This document shows positions 10,595-20,573 of a DNA stretch of 32,000 nucleotides, piece by piece. Positions within the stretch are counted from its first letter, which is position 1. The number at the start of each line of letters is the position of its first letter. The stretch is from Mycobacterium tuberculosis H37Rv. GTDB lineage: Bacteria > Actinomycetota > Actinomycetes > Mycobacteriales > Mycobacteriaceae. Location of the stretch: contig NC_000962.3 of assembly GCF_000195955.2 (NCBI RefSeq), positions 1,200,001 to 1,232,000 on the forward strand, in the 5' to 3' direction. Made by a program: the position numbers and the translations under genes. Under the pieces are notes generated by a model. That model worked only from the letters and a program-made list of their open reading frames with translations. It did no database searches and was not told the DNA's origin.

Positions 10595-11383
10595 GTGGAG
10601 ATCATCCCGCCGCGGCTCAAAGAGCCGTTGTACCGGCTCTACGAGCTGCGCCTGCGGCAGGGCTTGGCCGCCTCGAAATCCGACCTGCCCCGGCACATAG
10701 CCGTGCTGTGCGACGGCAACCGGCGATGGGCGCGCAGCGCGGGCTACGACGACGTCAGCTACGGCTACCGGATGGGTGCGGCCAAGATCGCCGAAATGCT
10801 GCGGTGGTGCCACGAAGCCGGCATCGAACTGGCCACCGTCTATCTGCTGTCCACCGAAAACCTGCAGCGCGATCCCGACGAGCTTGCAGCACTCATCGAG
10901 ATCATCACCGATGTCGTGGAAGAGATCTGCGCACCGGCCAACCACTGGAGTGTGCGGACGGTCGGGGATCTGGGGTTGATCGGCGAGGAACCGGCCCGGC
11001 GGCTGCGCGGTGCGGTGGAATCCACCCCGGAGGTGGCCTCGTTTCATGTCAACGTTGCTGTTGGCTACGGCGGGCGCCGCGAGATCGTCGACGCTGTGCG
11101 CGCGTTGTTGAGCAAGGAACTCGCCAACGGGGCCACCGCGGAGGAACTCGTCGACGCGGTGACCGTCGAGGGTATCTCGGAAAACCTGTACACCTCAGGC
11201 CAACCCGACCCCGATTTGGTGATACGCACCTCCGGCGAGCAACGCTTGTCCGGGTTCTTGCTGTGGCAAAGCGCCTACTCGGAGATGTGGTTCACCGAGG
11301 CGCACTGGCCGGCGTTTCGCCACGTCGATTTTCTACGCGCGCTGCGTGACTACAGTGCGAGGCATCGCAGCTACGGCAGGTGA
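10595..11383 (+). CDS. Cis-prenyltransferase; short-chain (Z)-farnesyl diphosphate synthase (Rv1086-like)
   Basis: 'HIAVLCDGNRRWARSAGYDD' and 'PDPDLVIRTSGEQRLSGFLLWQSAYSEMWFTEAHWPAF' UPP-synthase family signatures. Confidence 0.9.
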   Translation: MEIIPPRLKEPLYRLYELRLRQGLAASKSDLPRHIAVLCDGNRRWARSAGYDDVSYGYRMGAAKIAEMLRWCHEAGIELATVYLLSTENLQRDPDELAALIEIITDVVEEICAPANHWSVRTVGDLGLIGEEPARRLRGAVESTPEVASFHVNVAVGYGGRREIVDAVRALLSKELANGATAEELVDAVTVEGISENLYTSGQPDPDLVIRTSGEQRLSGFLLWQSAYSEMWFTEAHWPAFRHVDFLRALRDYSARHRSYGR

Positions 11384-11559
11384 ATCCGGCGCAGGACGCC
11401 TATGTTGCGCTGTTCGGCTGCCTGCGCAGAGTGCACATTAGCCGGCTCGTCATGCTGTGCAATCTGCCCAGGTGAAACCCGGTGTTTGGGATCCTGGATA
11501 GCGATACCATCGACTGATCCATGCGGGACATCCGATGCTGGACTGATCGGAGTAAGGCG

Positions 11560-13863
11560 ATGTCGTTTGTAGTCGTGGCGCCGGAGGTGTTGGCGGCGGC
11601 CGCTTCGGATCTAGCGGGCATCGGGTCGACACTGGCGCAGGCCAACGCCGCGGCGTTGGCGCCGACCACCGCGGTGTTGGCCGCGGGTGCTGATGAGGTT
11701 TCCGCGGCAATCGCGTCGCTGTTTGGGGCGCATGGTCAGGCGTATCAGGCGGTGAGCGCCCAAATGTCGGCGTTTCACGCCCAGTTCATGCAGGCGTTGA
11801 CGGGTGCCGGCGGGGCTTATGCGGCTGCGGAGGCGGTCAACGTCTCGGCGGCGCAGAGCGTGGAACAAGACCTGTTGGCCGCGATCAACGCTCGCTTCGA
11901 GCGGATTTTTGGGCGCCCGCTGATCGGTGATGGCGCCAACGGCGGGCCGGGACAAGACGGCGGGCCCGGCGGGTTGCTGTACGGCAACGGTGGCAACGGC
12001 GGCACCAGCACGACCGTGGGGATGGCCGGCGGCAACGGTGGTGCCGCCGGGCTGATCGGCAACGGTGGGTTCGGGGGCGGCGGCGGGCCCGGCGCGGCCG
12101 GCGGCAACGGCGGCGCCGGCGGGTGGCTATTCGGCAACGGCGGCGCCGGCGGTGCCGGCGGCCTCGGCGTAGCGCCCGGCGTGCCCGGCGGCGCCGGCGG
12201 TGCCGGCGGCGCCGGCGGTGTCGGCGGACCCGCCGGGTTGTGGGGCCACGGGGGTGCCGGCGGGGCGGGTGGTGCCGGCGTGGCTGGCGCCGGCGGCTTC
12301 GAGGGGACGATCGGTGCCGGCGGTGCCGGCGGTGTCGGCGGTGCCGGCGGTGTCGGCGGTGCCGGCGGTGCCGGCGGGTGGCTGTACGGCGACGCCGGTG
12401 CCGGTGGGGATGGTGGTGTCGGCGGTGCCGGCGGCACCGGCGGGTTAGGCAACCGTGGCGGCGCCGGTGGCGCCGGGGGCGCCGGTGGTGTCGGCGGCGC
12501 CGGGGGTGCCGCCGGGCTGTGGGGCGGCGGTGGTGCCGGCGGGGTGGGTGGGACCGGCGGCGGCGCCGGCCTCGGTGCTCAGAGCGTCACCTTCAGTAGT
12601 AGCTTAAGTGGCCTTTCCGGTGGCGACGGCGGCGCCGGCGGGGCCGGTGGCGCCGGTGGCGCCGGTGGCACCGGTGGGTGGCTGTATGGCGGCGGTGGTG
12701 CCGCCGGATCCGGCGGGGACGGTGGTACCGGCGGTCAGGGCGGCGCCGGCGGCGCCGGTGTATTTAGCCTATTCGGATCCGGTGGCGGCCCCGGCGGCAA
12801 CGGCGGCGTCGGCGGCGTCGGCGGTGTCGGCGGTGCTGGCGGGCGTGCCGGCTTGTTCGGCGTCGGGGGCCTCGGCGGCGCGGGTGGCGACGCCGGTGAC
12901 TCCGGCGAAGGCGGCTTCGGCGGGCCGGGGCTCGCCGGCGGGCTGTTCGGCAACCCCGGCAACGGCGGCGTCGGCGGGATCGGCGGCGACGCCGCAGCCG
13001 GCGGCGCCGGTGGGGCCGGAGGCAACGGTGGGGCCGGAGGCAACGGTGGGTGGTTGTTCGGCAATGGTGGTGCCGGCGGCTCCGGTGGCGACGGCGGCGC
13101 CGCCGGCCGTGGCGGTGCCGGCAACTTGGGCTCGGCCGGGGGTATCAACGCCCCCGCCGGTAACCCCGGCAGCGGCTCGGTCGGCATCGGCGGTGCCGGT
13201 GGTGCCGGCGGCACCGCCGGGCTGTTCGGCGACGGTGGGGCTGGTGGGGCCGGTGGTGCCGGCGCCGCCGGCGGCTTCGGCGGCATCAGCGCCGCCACCC
13301 CCTCGGCGGGCAGTGAGGGCGCCATGGGTGGGGCCGGTGGTGTTGGCGGCAACGCCAGGCTGTTGGGCACTGGTGGCGCCGGTGGAGTCGGCGGCGGCGG
13401 CGGGGCCGGCGGCGACGGAGGCCGCGGCGGAGTCGCAACCCCCGGCGGTCAGGGCGGTGACGCTGGGGACGGTGGCGCCGGCGGGGCCGGCGGCAATGGC
13501 GGCGGCGCCAGCGGCGCCGGCGGGTGGCTGTTGGGGACCGGTGGTGCCGGTGGTGCCGGTGGTAACGGCGGCAATGGCGGAAAAGCCGGTTTTAGCCCTG
13601 GGCCGACCAACTTCGGTCTCAACGGCGCCGGTGGTGGTGGTGGTGTCGGCGGCAACGGCGCCACCGGACCCTGGCTGTTCGGCGACGGCGGCCCCACCCC
13701 AGGCAGCACCGGTGCCGGTGCGGCCGGTGGTCACGGCGGCGACGCCCAGCTGATCGGCAACGGCGGCCACGGCGGGGCCGGCGGCACCGGGGTGCCGAAC
13801 GGGTCAGGTGGTGCCGGCGGCCTCAGCGGGCTGCTGTTCGGCGAGCCGGGGGCGAACGGGTAG
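11560..13863 (+). CDS. PE_PGRS21: PE-PGRS family protein (PE_PGRS21 by position)
   Basis: PE domain '[56 protein letters not shown]' then GGAGG-type repeats. Confidence 0.93.
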   Translation: MSFVVVAPEVLAAAASDLAGIGSTLAQANAAALAPTTAVLAAGADEVSAAIASLFGAHGQAYQAVSAQMSAFHAQFMQALTGAGGAYAAAEAVNVSAAQSVEQDLLAAINARFERIFGRPLIGDGANGGPGQDGGPGGLLYGNGGNGGTSTTVGMAGGNGGAAGLIGNGGFGGGGGPGAAGGNGGAGGWLFGNGGAGGAGGLGVAPGVPGGAGGAGGAGGVGGPAGLWGHGGAGGAGGAGVAGAGGFEGTIGAGGAGGVGGAGGVGGAGGAGGWLYGDAGAGGDGGVGGAGGTGGLGNRGGAGGAGGAGGVGGAGGAAGLWGGGGAGGVGGTGGGAGLGAQSVTFSSSLSGLSGGDGGAGGAGGAGGAGGTGGWLYGGGGAAGSGGDGGTGGQGGAGGAGVFSLFGSGGGPGGNGGVGGVGGVGGAGGRAGLFGVGGLGGAGGDAGDSGEGGFGGPGLAGGLFGNPGNGGVGGIGGDAAAGGAGGAGGNGGAGGNGGWLFGNGGAGGSGGDGGAAGRGGAGNLGSAGGINAPAGNPGSGSVGIGGAGGAGGTAGLFGDGGAGGAGGAGAAGGFGGISAATPSAGSEGAMGGAGGVGGNARLLGTGGAGGVGGGGGAGGDGGRGGVATPGGQGGDAGDGGAGGAGGNGGGASGAGGWLLGTGGAGGAGGNGGNGGKAGFSPGPTNFGLNGAGGGGGVGGNGATGPWLFGDGGPTPGSTGAGAAGGHGGDAQLIGNGGHGGAGGTGVPNGSGGAGGLSGLLFGEPGANG

Positions 13864-13946
13864 GTTCGGCGCCGCTGCCGTGATCGCGGCGAGGCGTCGG
13901 TGTCCGCGTCCGTGCGGGCGAATCCAGTCCGGTCTGAGTGCGTCTA

Positions 13947-13983
13947 CTACAGCTTGCGCAGCCGTAGCCGCTTGATGGCATCG
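13947..13983 (-). pseudogene. Scrap of coaA 3' end (last about 8 to 12 codons)
   Basis: Reverse complement encodes ...AIKRLRLRKL*, matching CoaA ...[10 protein letters not shown]; the nucleotides CTACAGCTTGCGCAGCCGTAGCCGCTTGATGG match TTACAGCTTGCGCAGCCGCAGCCGGTTAATGG at 19248. Confidence 0.75.
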
Positions 13984-14039
13984 GACTGGTTACCGTCTGC
14001 CTGCTGTCCACAGAAAACCTGTGTGCGATCCCGACGAGC

Positions 14040-14360
14040 TTGCCGTGCGTGGGCTACGGCGACCGTCGCGAATTCGTCGACGCGGTGGCCGTAGAAGCCA
14101 TCTGCGAAAACCTGAATACCTCGGGGCAACCCGATCCCGACCTGGTGATCCGCACCTCGGGGGAACAACGCTTGTCCGGCCACCGAGGGCCCACTGGCGG
14201 AGTTTCGCGACGTCGACTTCTGCGCGCGCTGCGTGACTACAGTACGCCACACGCGTCGATCCCCTACGTTCCGCCGCCCTATCGAAGCGACGGGATCCAC
14301 GCTTCCCGGCTGGCGGTTGAATCGGTTTTCGATGCATTGGCTGGGCGCGTCGAACTCTAA
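14040..14360 (+). pseudogene. Remnant paralogue of the cis-prenyltransferase C-terminus (Rv1087A-like); homology begins upstream near 13978
   Basis: 'YGDRREFVDAV...EAICENLNTSGQPDPDLVIRTSGEQRLSG...RRRLLRALRDYSTPHA' vs the 10595..11383 protein; internal deletions; catalytic N-terminal P-loop missing. Confidence 0.85.
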
Positions 14361-14512
14361 AGACTTTATGGAAATTAGTTGTACAGTGATAAAACCGTTA
14401 TAGGGTCCGTTGTCAAACAATGATAATCACGTGATAGGAACGTGATTCATCGGTCTGAAGTGCTTATGATGATTTATATATAAAACCGTTATATGTGGGT
14501 AAAGGATTGCGG
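14361..14512. promoter_or_regulatory. AT-rich upstream control region of PE9 with a dyad and direct repeats
   Basis: AATCACGT-N7-ACGTGATT (14425..14432 / 14440..14447); ATAAAACCGTTATA at 14389..14402 and 14480..14493. Confidence 0.55.
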
Positions 14513-14947
14513 ATGTCATACATGATTGCCACACCAGCGGCGTTGACGGCGGCGGCAACGGATATCGACGGGATTGGCTCGGCGGTTAGCGTTGCGAACG
14601 CCGCGGCGGTCGCCGCGACAACCGGAGTGCTGGCCGCCGGTGGCGATGAAGTGTTGGCGGCCATCGCTAGGCTGTTCAACGCAAACGCCGAGGAATATCA
14701 CGCCCTCAGCGCGCAGGTGGCGGCGTTTCAAACCCTGTTTGTGCGCACCTTGACTGGGGGGTGCGGAGTCTTTCGCCGGCGCCGAGGCCGCCAATGCGTC
14801 ACAGCTGCAGAGCATCGCGCGGCAGGTGCGGGGCGCCGTCAACGCCGTCGCCGGTCAGGTGACGGGCAATGGCGGCTCCGGCAACAGCGGCACTTCGGCT
14901 GCGGCGGCCAACCCGAATTCCGACAACACAGCGAGCATCGCCGATAG
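14513..14947 (+). CDS. PE9: PE9: PE domain followed by out-of-frame tail
   Basis: MSYMIATPAALTAAATDIDGIGSAVSVANAAAVAATTGVLAAGGDEVLAAIARLFNANAEEYHALSAQVAAFQTLFVRTLTGG then Arg-rich frameshifted tail. Confidence 0.85.
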   Translation: MSYMIATPAALTAAATDIDGIGSAVSVANAAAVAATTGVLAAGGDEVLAAIARLFNANAEEYHALSAQVAAFQTLFVRTLTGGCGVFRRRRGRQCVTAAEHRAAGAGRRQRRRRSGDGQWRLRQQRHFGCGGQPEFRQHSEHRR

Positions 14948-15131
14948 GGGCACAAGCGCCATCATGACCACGGCAAGCGCGACCGCGTCTTCCACGGGCG
15001 TCGATGGCGGAATAGCGGCGACGTATGCGGTCGCCTCGCAATGGGATGGTGGCTACGTGGCCAATTACACGATCACCCAATTCGGGCGCGACTTCGATGA
15101 CCGATTGGCGGTTGCAATTCACTTTGCCTGA
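14766..15131 (+). CDS. PE10: PE10: continuation of the PE9 PE domain in the next frame; start codon uncertain (possibly not independently translated)
   Basis: Frame reads ESFAGAEAANASQLQSIARQVRGAVNAVAGQVTGNGGSGNSG..., the usual C-terminal half of a PE domain. Confidence 0.65.
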   Translation, partial: ESFAGAEAANASQLQSIARQVRGAVNAVAGQVTGNGGSGNSGTSAAAANPNSDNTASIADRGTSAIMTTASATASSTGVDGGIAATYAVASQWDGGYVANYTITQFGRDFDDRLAVAIHFA

Positions 15132-16054
15132 AAATGCCTCTATTTCGAACGCGTGCTGCGCTCAACTTGCCCAGTCGGGCACGCAGTACACTCTTGACGC
15201 CCGAGAGCTATAACGGCACCCCCCGTGGACTCGATCACCGTCGGCTACCAAGCAGCGCAAACCGGCGGCTACTCGCCACCGACAAATCTGCTGATCAACG
15301 GTCAAGCCGTCACCATCGACCAGACCCCCATCACCTCGTCGCCAACGACTCCGCCACCCACCACACCACCCGAGATCCCGACCGGTGGAACGGTGATCTC
15401 CACCTAGTTCGGGACGACTACGGTCACCGGAGGCTACGTGGTGCAGAACAACGCGTGGAACAACCCCCGCCGGGCAGACCGTCAACGTCAGCCAAACCGG
15501 GTTCACCATCACCGAGATGAACGGTGCTGCCCCAACCAACGGCGCCCCGCTGAGTTACCCCTCGATCTGCGAGGGCGTGCACTGGGGCCACCTCGTCGGT
15601 GGGCACCAACCTGCCTACTGAGGTGGGCCAGATTTTGTCGGCGCCGACCAGCATCGACTACAACTACCCGACGACCGGGGTATGGGACGCCTCCTACGAC
15701 ATCTGCCTGGATTCCACACCCAAGACGACCGGGGTCAACCAGCAGGAGATCATGATCTGGTTCAACCACCAGGGCTCCATTCAGCCGGTCGGCTCCCCGG
15801 TGGGCAACACCACCATCGAGGGCAAGAACTTCGTGGTGTGGGATGGCAGCAACGGCATGAACAACGCGATGGCCTATGTCGCGACCGAGCCGATCGAGGT
15901 CTGGAGCTTCGACGTGATGAGTTTCGTCGACCACACCGCCACCATGGAGCCGATCACCGACTCGTGGTACCTCACGAGCATCCGGGCCGGCTTGGAGCCC
16001 TGGAGCGACGGTGTGGGTCTGGGGGTCGATTCGTTCTCGGCGAAAGTCAACTAA
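15024..16054 (+). pseudogene. celA2: celA2 region: CBM2-like remnant, Pro/Thr linker and GH12-type cellulase, interrupted by frameshifts and a TAG
   Basis: Frame pieces: YAVASQWDGGYVANYTITQFG; DWRLQFTLPENASISNACCAQLAQSGTQYTL; VDSITVGYQAAQTGGYSPPTNLLINGQAVTI; PITSSPTTPPPTTPPEIPTGG; VVQNNAWNNP; QTVNVSQTGFTITEMNGAAPTNGAPLSYPSICEGVHWG; [10 protein letters not shown]... Confidence 0.75.
15599..16054 (+). CDS. celA2b: celA2b: GH12-like cellulase C-terminal ORF fragment
   Basis: [64 protein letters not shown]... Confidence 0.8.
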
Positions 16055-16468
16055 AGACCACGTTGACACCCAACCGGCGGCCCGGCATGGGCCGTCGCGG
16101 CGTAGAAGCTTTGACCGCGGCGCGAAACGTTCGCTGCTGCGGCCCATGCAGATCGCACACGCTTGCTTGAACATCGGGTGGAGCCGGTGGTAACGCCAGG
16201 CTTTGGGTGTCGGCGCGGCTCGGCGGTCAGCTGCGCGGACGCGGTCGGCCATCGTGACGACGAGATGCTGGCGGCATGTACGGCAACCGCTGGCTCGTCT
16301 TAGAGCCATTTGCTGAGGCGCATGCTTTGCGTCATGCAAAGTGCATATGCCGCCAGCGGGATGGTGTGCATTCTGTCCATGGGAAACCGGGTTGATGGTG
16401 GGCGCGTCAGCGATACGATCTGTGCACCCTGACGACATGGCCGATGCATGATTGATCGGAGGTAAACG

Positions 16469-19030
16469 ATGTCGTTTGTGATTGCTGCGCCGGAGGCGTT
16501 GGTCGCGGTCGCTTCGGATCTGGCGGGCATTGGGTCGGCGCTGGCGGAGGCCAACGCCGCGGCGTTGGCCCCGACGACGGCGTTGTTGGCCGCGGGTGCC
16601 GATGAGGTGTCGGCGGCGATCGCGGCGCTGTTTGGCGCGCACGGGCAGGCGTATCAGACGGTTAGCGCCCAGGCGTCGGCGTTTCATGCCCAGTTTGTGC
16701 AGGCGTTGACTGGCGGCGGCGGGGCGTATGCGGCTGCCGAGGCCGCCAACGTCTCGGCGGCGCAGAGCACCGACCAGCGGCTGCTCGATCTGATCAATGG
16801 GCCCACCCAGGCGTTGTTGGGGCGTCCACTGATCGGTGATGGCGCCAACGGCGGGCCGGGGCAAGACGGCGGGCCCGGGGGGTTGCTGTACGGCAACGGC
16901 GGCAACGGCGGCACTAGTACCACCGCCGGGGTGGCCGGCGGCAACGGTGGCGCCGCCGGGCTGATCGGCAACGGCGGGGCCGGGGGCGGCGGCGGGGCCG
17001 GCGCGGCCGGCGGCAATGGCGGTGCGGGCGGGTGGCTGTATGGCAACGGCGGCGCCGGCGGGGCCGGTGGGACATCGGTGATACCCGGTGTCGCCGGCGG
17101 CAATGGCGGGGCTGGCGGGTCCGCGGGACTGTGGGGTACCGGCGGGGCCGGTGGCGACGGCGGCAACGGCCGGTCGGGGCCAGTCAACGTCGCCGGCAGC
17201 GCGGGCGGCAACGGTGGCGCTGGTGGCGCCGCCGGGTTATTCGGTGACGCCGGGGCCGGTGGCAACGGCGGCAAGGGCGGTGCTGGCGGCGCCGCCTTTA
17301 GCATTAACTTCACCGCAGGCGATGGCGGTGCGGGAGGTGCCGGTGGGTCCGGCGGCCACGCATTGCTGTGGGGCGCCGGCGGAGCCGGGGGTAACGGCGG
17401 ATCCGGCGGCACGGGGGGTGCCGGCGGCAGCACCGCTGGCGCTGGCGGCAACGGCGGGGCCGGGGGTGGCGGCGGAACCGGTGGGTTGCTCTTCGGCAAC
17501 GGCGGTGCCGGCGGGCACGGCGCCGCCGCCGGAAACGGCTTAGCCGCGGGTAATGGCGTCAGCAGCAGCGGCGGCGGCGGTGCCGGTGGGACCGGCGGGG
17601 CCGGTGGGGACGGTGGCGCCGGCGGGGCCGGAGGCAACGCCAGGCTGTGGGGCGTCGGTGGCGCCGGCGGGGCCGGCGGGGACGGTGGCGCCGGCGGGGC
17701 CGGCGGCAAAGGCGGCTCTGGCCTCAGCGGTAACGCCAACGGCGGGGCCGGCGGCGACAGCGGCCGTGGCGGCACGGGCGGCGCCGGCGGCGAGGGCGGC
17801 GCCGCCGGGCTGCTGGTGGGCACCGGCGGGCACGGCGGTGACGGCGGGGCCGGCGGCGCCGCCGTCAAGGGCGGTGACGGCGGGGCCGCCGCCGGCACGG
17901 GCATCGCCGGCGCTGGCGGCCGTGGCGGCGCGGGCGGCAGCGGTGGCAGCGGTGGTGACGGCGGGGGCGGGGCCGCCGGCCCCGCCGGGTGGCTGTTCGG
18001 CGATGGCGGGGCTGGCGGGAACGGCGGGGCCGCGGCCGCCGGCGGCGCCGGCGGCCAAGCCGGCGGTGGCGGCGGGAACGGCGGCAATGGCGGCAACGGC
18101 GGCAATGGCGGCAATGGCGGCAACGGCGCCACCGGGGGGTGGCTGTACGGCAACGGCGGGGCCGGCGGCCAGGGCGCCACCGCCGGAGCCGGCGGAGCCG
18201 GCGCTAACGGCGTCAGCAGCACCAATGGCGGCGGCACCGGCGGCAACGGGGGGATCGGCGGGACCGGTGGGTCCGGCGGGGCCGGTGGCAACGCCGGGCT
18301 GTTGGGCGTGGGCGGCGCCGGCGGGCACGGCGCCTCCGGCGGCGCCGGCGATAGGGGCGGCGCTGGCGGTACCGGGTTCATAAGCAGTGACGGCGGTGCT
18401 GGCGGTGATGGCGGTGATGGCGGCAACGGCGGGGCCGGCGGCACCGGTGGGCTGTTGTTCGGTGCCGGCGGCAATGGTGGCCCCGGCGGGTCTGGCGGTG
18501 CCGCCGATATTGGCGGCAACGGCGGCGCCGGTAACGGCGGGGGCACCGACGGGAACGGCGGTAATGGCGGGTCCGGCGGCGGCGCCGGCAGCGGCGGTGA
18601 CGGCGGCGGGGCTGGCGGCAACGGTGCGTGGCTGTTCGGCAATGGCGGCGCCGGCGGGGGCGGCGGAAAAGGCGGCAACGGTGCCGGCGGCGGGCTTGGC
18701 GGCGGTTCATTCGGCCTCCCCGGCCTGAACGGCAGCGGCGGCGACGGTGGCGACGGCGGTAACGGTGCCCCCGGCGGGGTGCTGTATGGCAATGGCGGCG
18801 CCGGCGGCCAGGGGTCAAGCGGTGGCATCGGCGGCCCCGGCGCCACCGGCGGTGCCGGCGGCAAAGGCGGTGATGGTGGCGATGCGCAGCTGATCGGCGA
18901 CGGCGGCAATGGGGGCAACGGAGGCGCGGGCGGCACCGGGGGCACCCCGGGGCCCGGCGGACCCGGCGGGTCCGGCGGGCTTGGAGGCCTGCTGTTCGGC
19001 CAAACCGGCACGGCTGGCGTGTCGCCGTAG
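16469..19030 (+). CDS. PE_PGRS22: PE-PGRS family protein (PE_PGRS22 by position)
   Basis: [56 protein letters not shown]... then long GGX repeats; ends [15 protein letters not shown]. Confidence 0.93.
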   Translation: MSFVIAAPEALVAVASDLAGIGSALAEANAAALAPTTALLAAGADEVSAAIAALFGAHGQAYQTVSAQASAFHAQFVQALTGGGGAYAAAEAANVSAAQSTDQRLLDLINGPTQALLGRPLIGDGANGGPGQDGGPGGLLYGNGGNGGTSTTAGVAGGNGGAAGLIGNGGAGGGGGAGAAGGNGGAGGWLYGNGGAGGAGGTSVIPGVAGGNGGAGGSAGLWGTGGAGGDGGNGRSGPVNVAGSAGGNGGAGGAAGLFGDAGAGGNGGKGGAGGAAFSINFTAGDGGAGGAGGSGGHALLWGAGGAGGNGGSGGTGGAGGSTAGAGGNGGAGGGGGTGGLLFGNGGAGGHGAAAGNGLAAGNGVSSSGGGGAGGTGGAGGDGGAGGAGGNARLWGVGGAGGAGGDGGAGGAGGKGGSGLSGNANGGAGGDSGRGGTGGAGGEGGAAGLLVGTGGHGGDGGAGGAAVKGGDGGAAAGTGIAGAGGRGGAGGSGGSGGDGGGGAAGPAGWLFGDGGAGGNGGAAAAGGAGGQAGGGGGNGGNGGNGGNGGNGGNGATGGWLYGNGGAGGQGATAGAGGAGANGVSSTNGGGTGGNGGIGGTGGSGGAGGNAGLLGVGGAGGHGASGGAGDRGGAGGTGFISSDGGAGGDGGDGGNGGAGGTGGLLFGAGGNGGPGGSGGAADIGGNGGAGNGGGTDGNGGNGGSGGGAGSGGDGGGAGGNGAWLFGNGGAGGGGGKGGNGAGGGLGGGSFGLPGLNGSGGDGGDGGNGAPGGVLYGNGGAGGQGSSGGIGGPGATGGAGGKGGDGGDAQLIGDGGNGGNGGAGGTGGTPGPGGPGGSGGLGGLLFGQTGTAGVSP

Positions 19031-19247
19031 CCGGTAGGCTGGCCGCCTCCGCGGCATTGGCGTCGTCGCAAACTTCGCGCACGCCCTGGTGTCGATCGTT
19101 GCCGCTGAATTGGCGCCGATGACCGCAACCGGTATCGCCGCTACGCCGGCCCGAGGCGGGTACACCACGGTTTTCGAGGGATGGCAATATCCGGGAGTGC
19201 GCCGGCTGGCGGCCTAACTCGCCTGCACCCGGCGATTGGACCGCCAA

Positions 19248-20417
<1,170 letters not shown>

Positions 20418-20573
20418 CTACGTGGCAGCTGGGGCACTAGTGGCTGCCGTTTGCGGTGCAGACGTGCAACGGTGGATGGCGTGTGCTGCATTAAGGGTAA
20501 TCAGCCCGGGAGCGGCTCGCTGGATACACTGGCGCCCGTGACTGCTGCACCTGACGCTCGCACTACCGCGGTA

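Noticed and set aside
16325-16341. Small inverted repeat CTTTGC-GTCAT-GCAAAG upstream of PE_PGRS22 as an operator
   Set aside because: Only a 6-bp arm with no extension; not distinguishable from chance by eye.
16055-16468. Possible insertion-sequence or transposase remnant between celA2b and PE_PGRS22
   Set aside because: Only short open frames without recognisable transposase motifs; no terminal inverted repeats or target duplication identified by eye.
15509-16864. 451-aa minus-strand ORF over celA2b and the start of PE_PGRS22
   Set aside because: Crosses a clear GH12 fragment, intergenic DNA and a PE domain on the other strand; no recognisable motif.
11560-19030. Possible CRISPR or minisatellite array from the dense short repeats
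   Set aside because: The repeats are in-frame imperfect GGN-GGN codons of PE_PGRS proteins, with no constant repeat/unique spacer alternation and no cas genes.
16684-19128. 814-aa minus-strand ORF (Pro/Ala-rich) across PE_PGRS22, and similar 211-262-aa ORFs across both PE_PGRS genes
   Set aside because: These are mirror or shifted frames of GGX repeats in very GC-rich DNA; composition is fully explained by the PGRS repeat, with no independent domain or start context.
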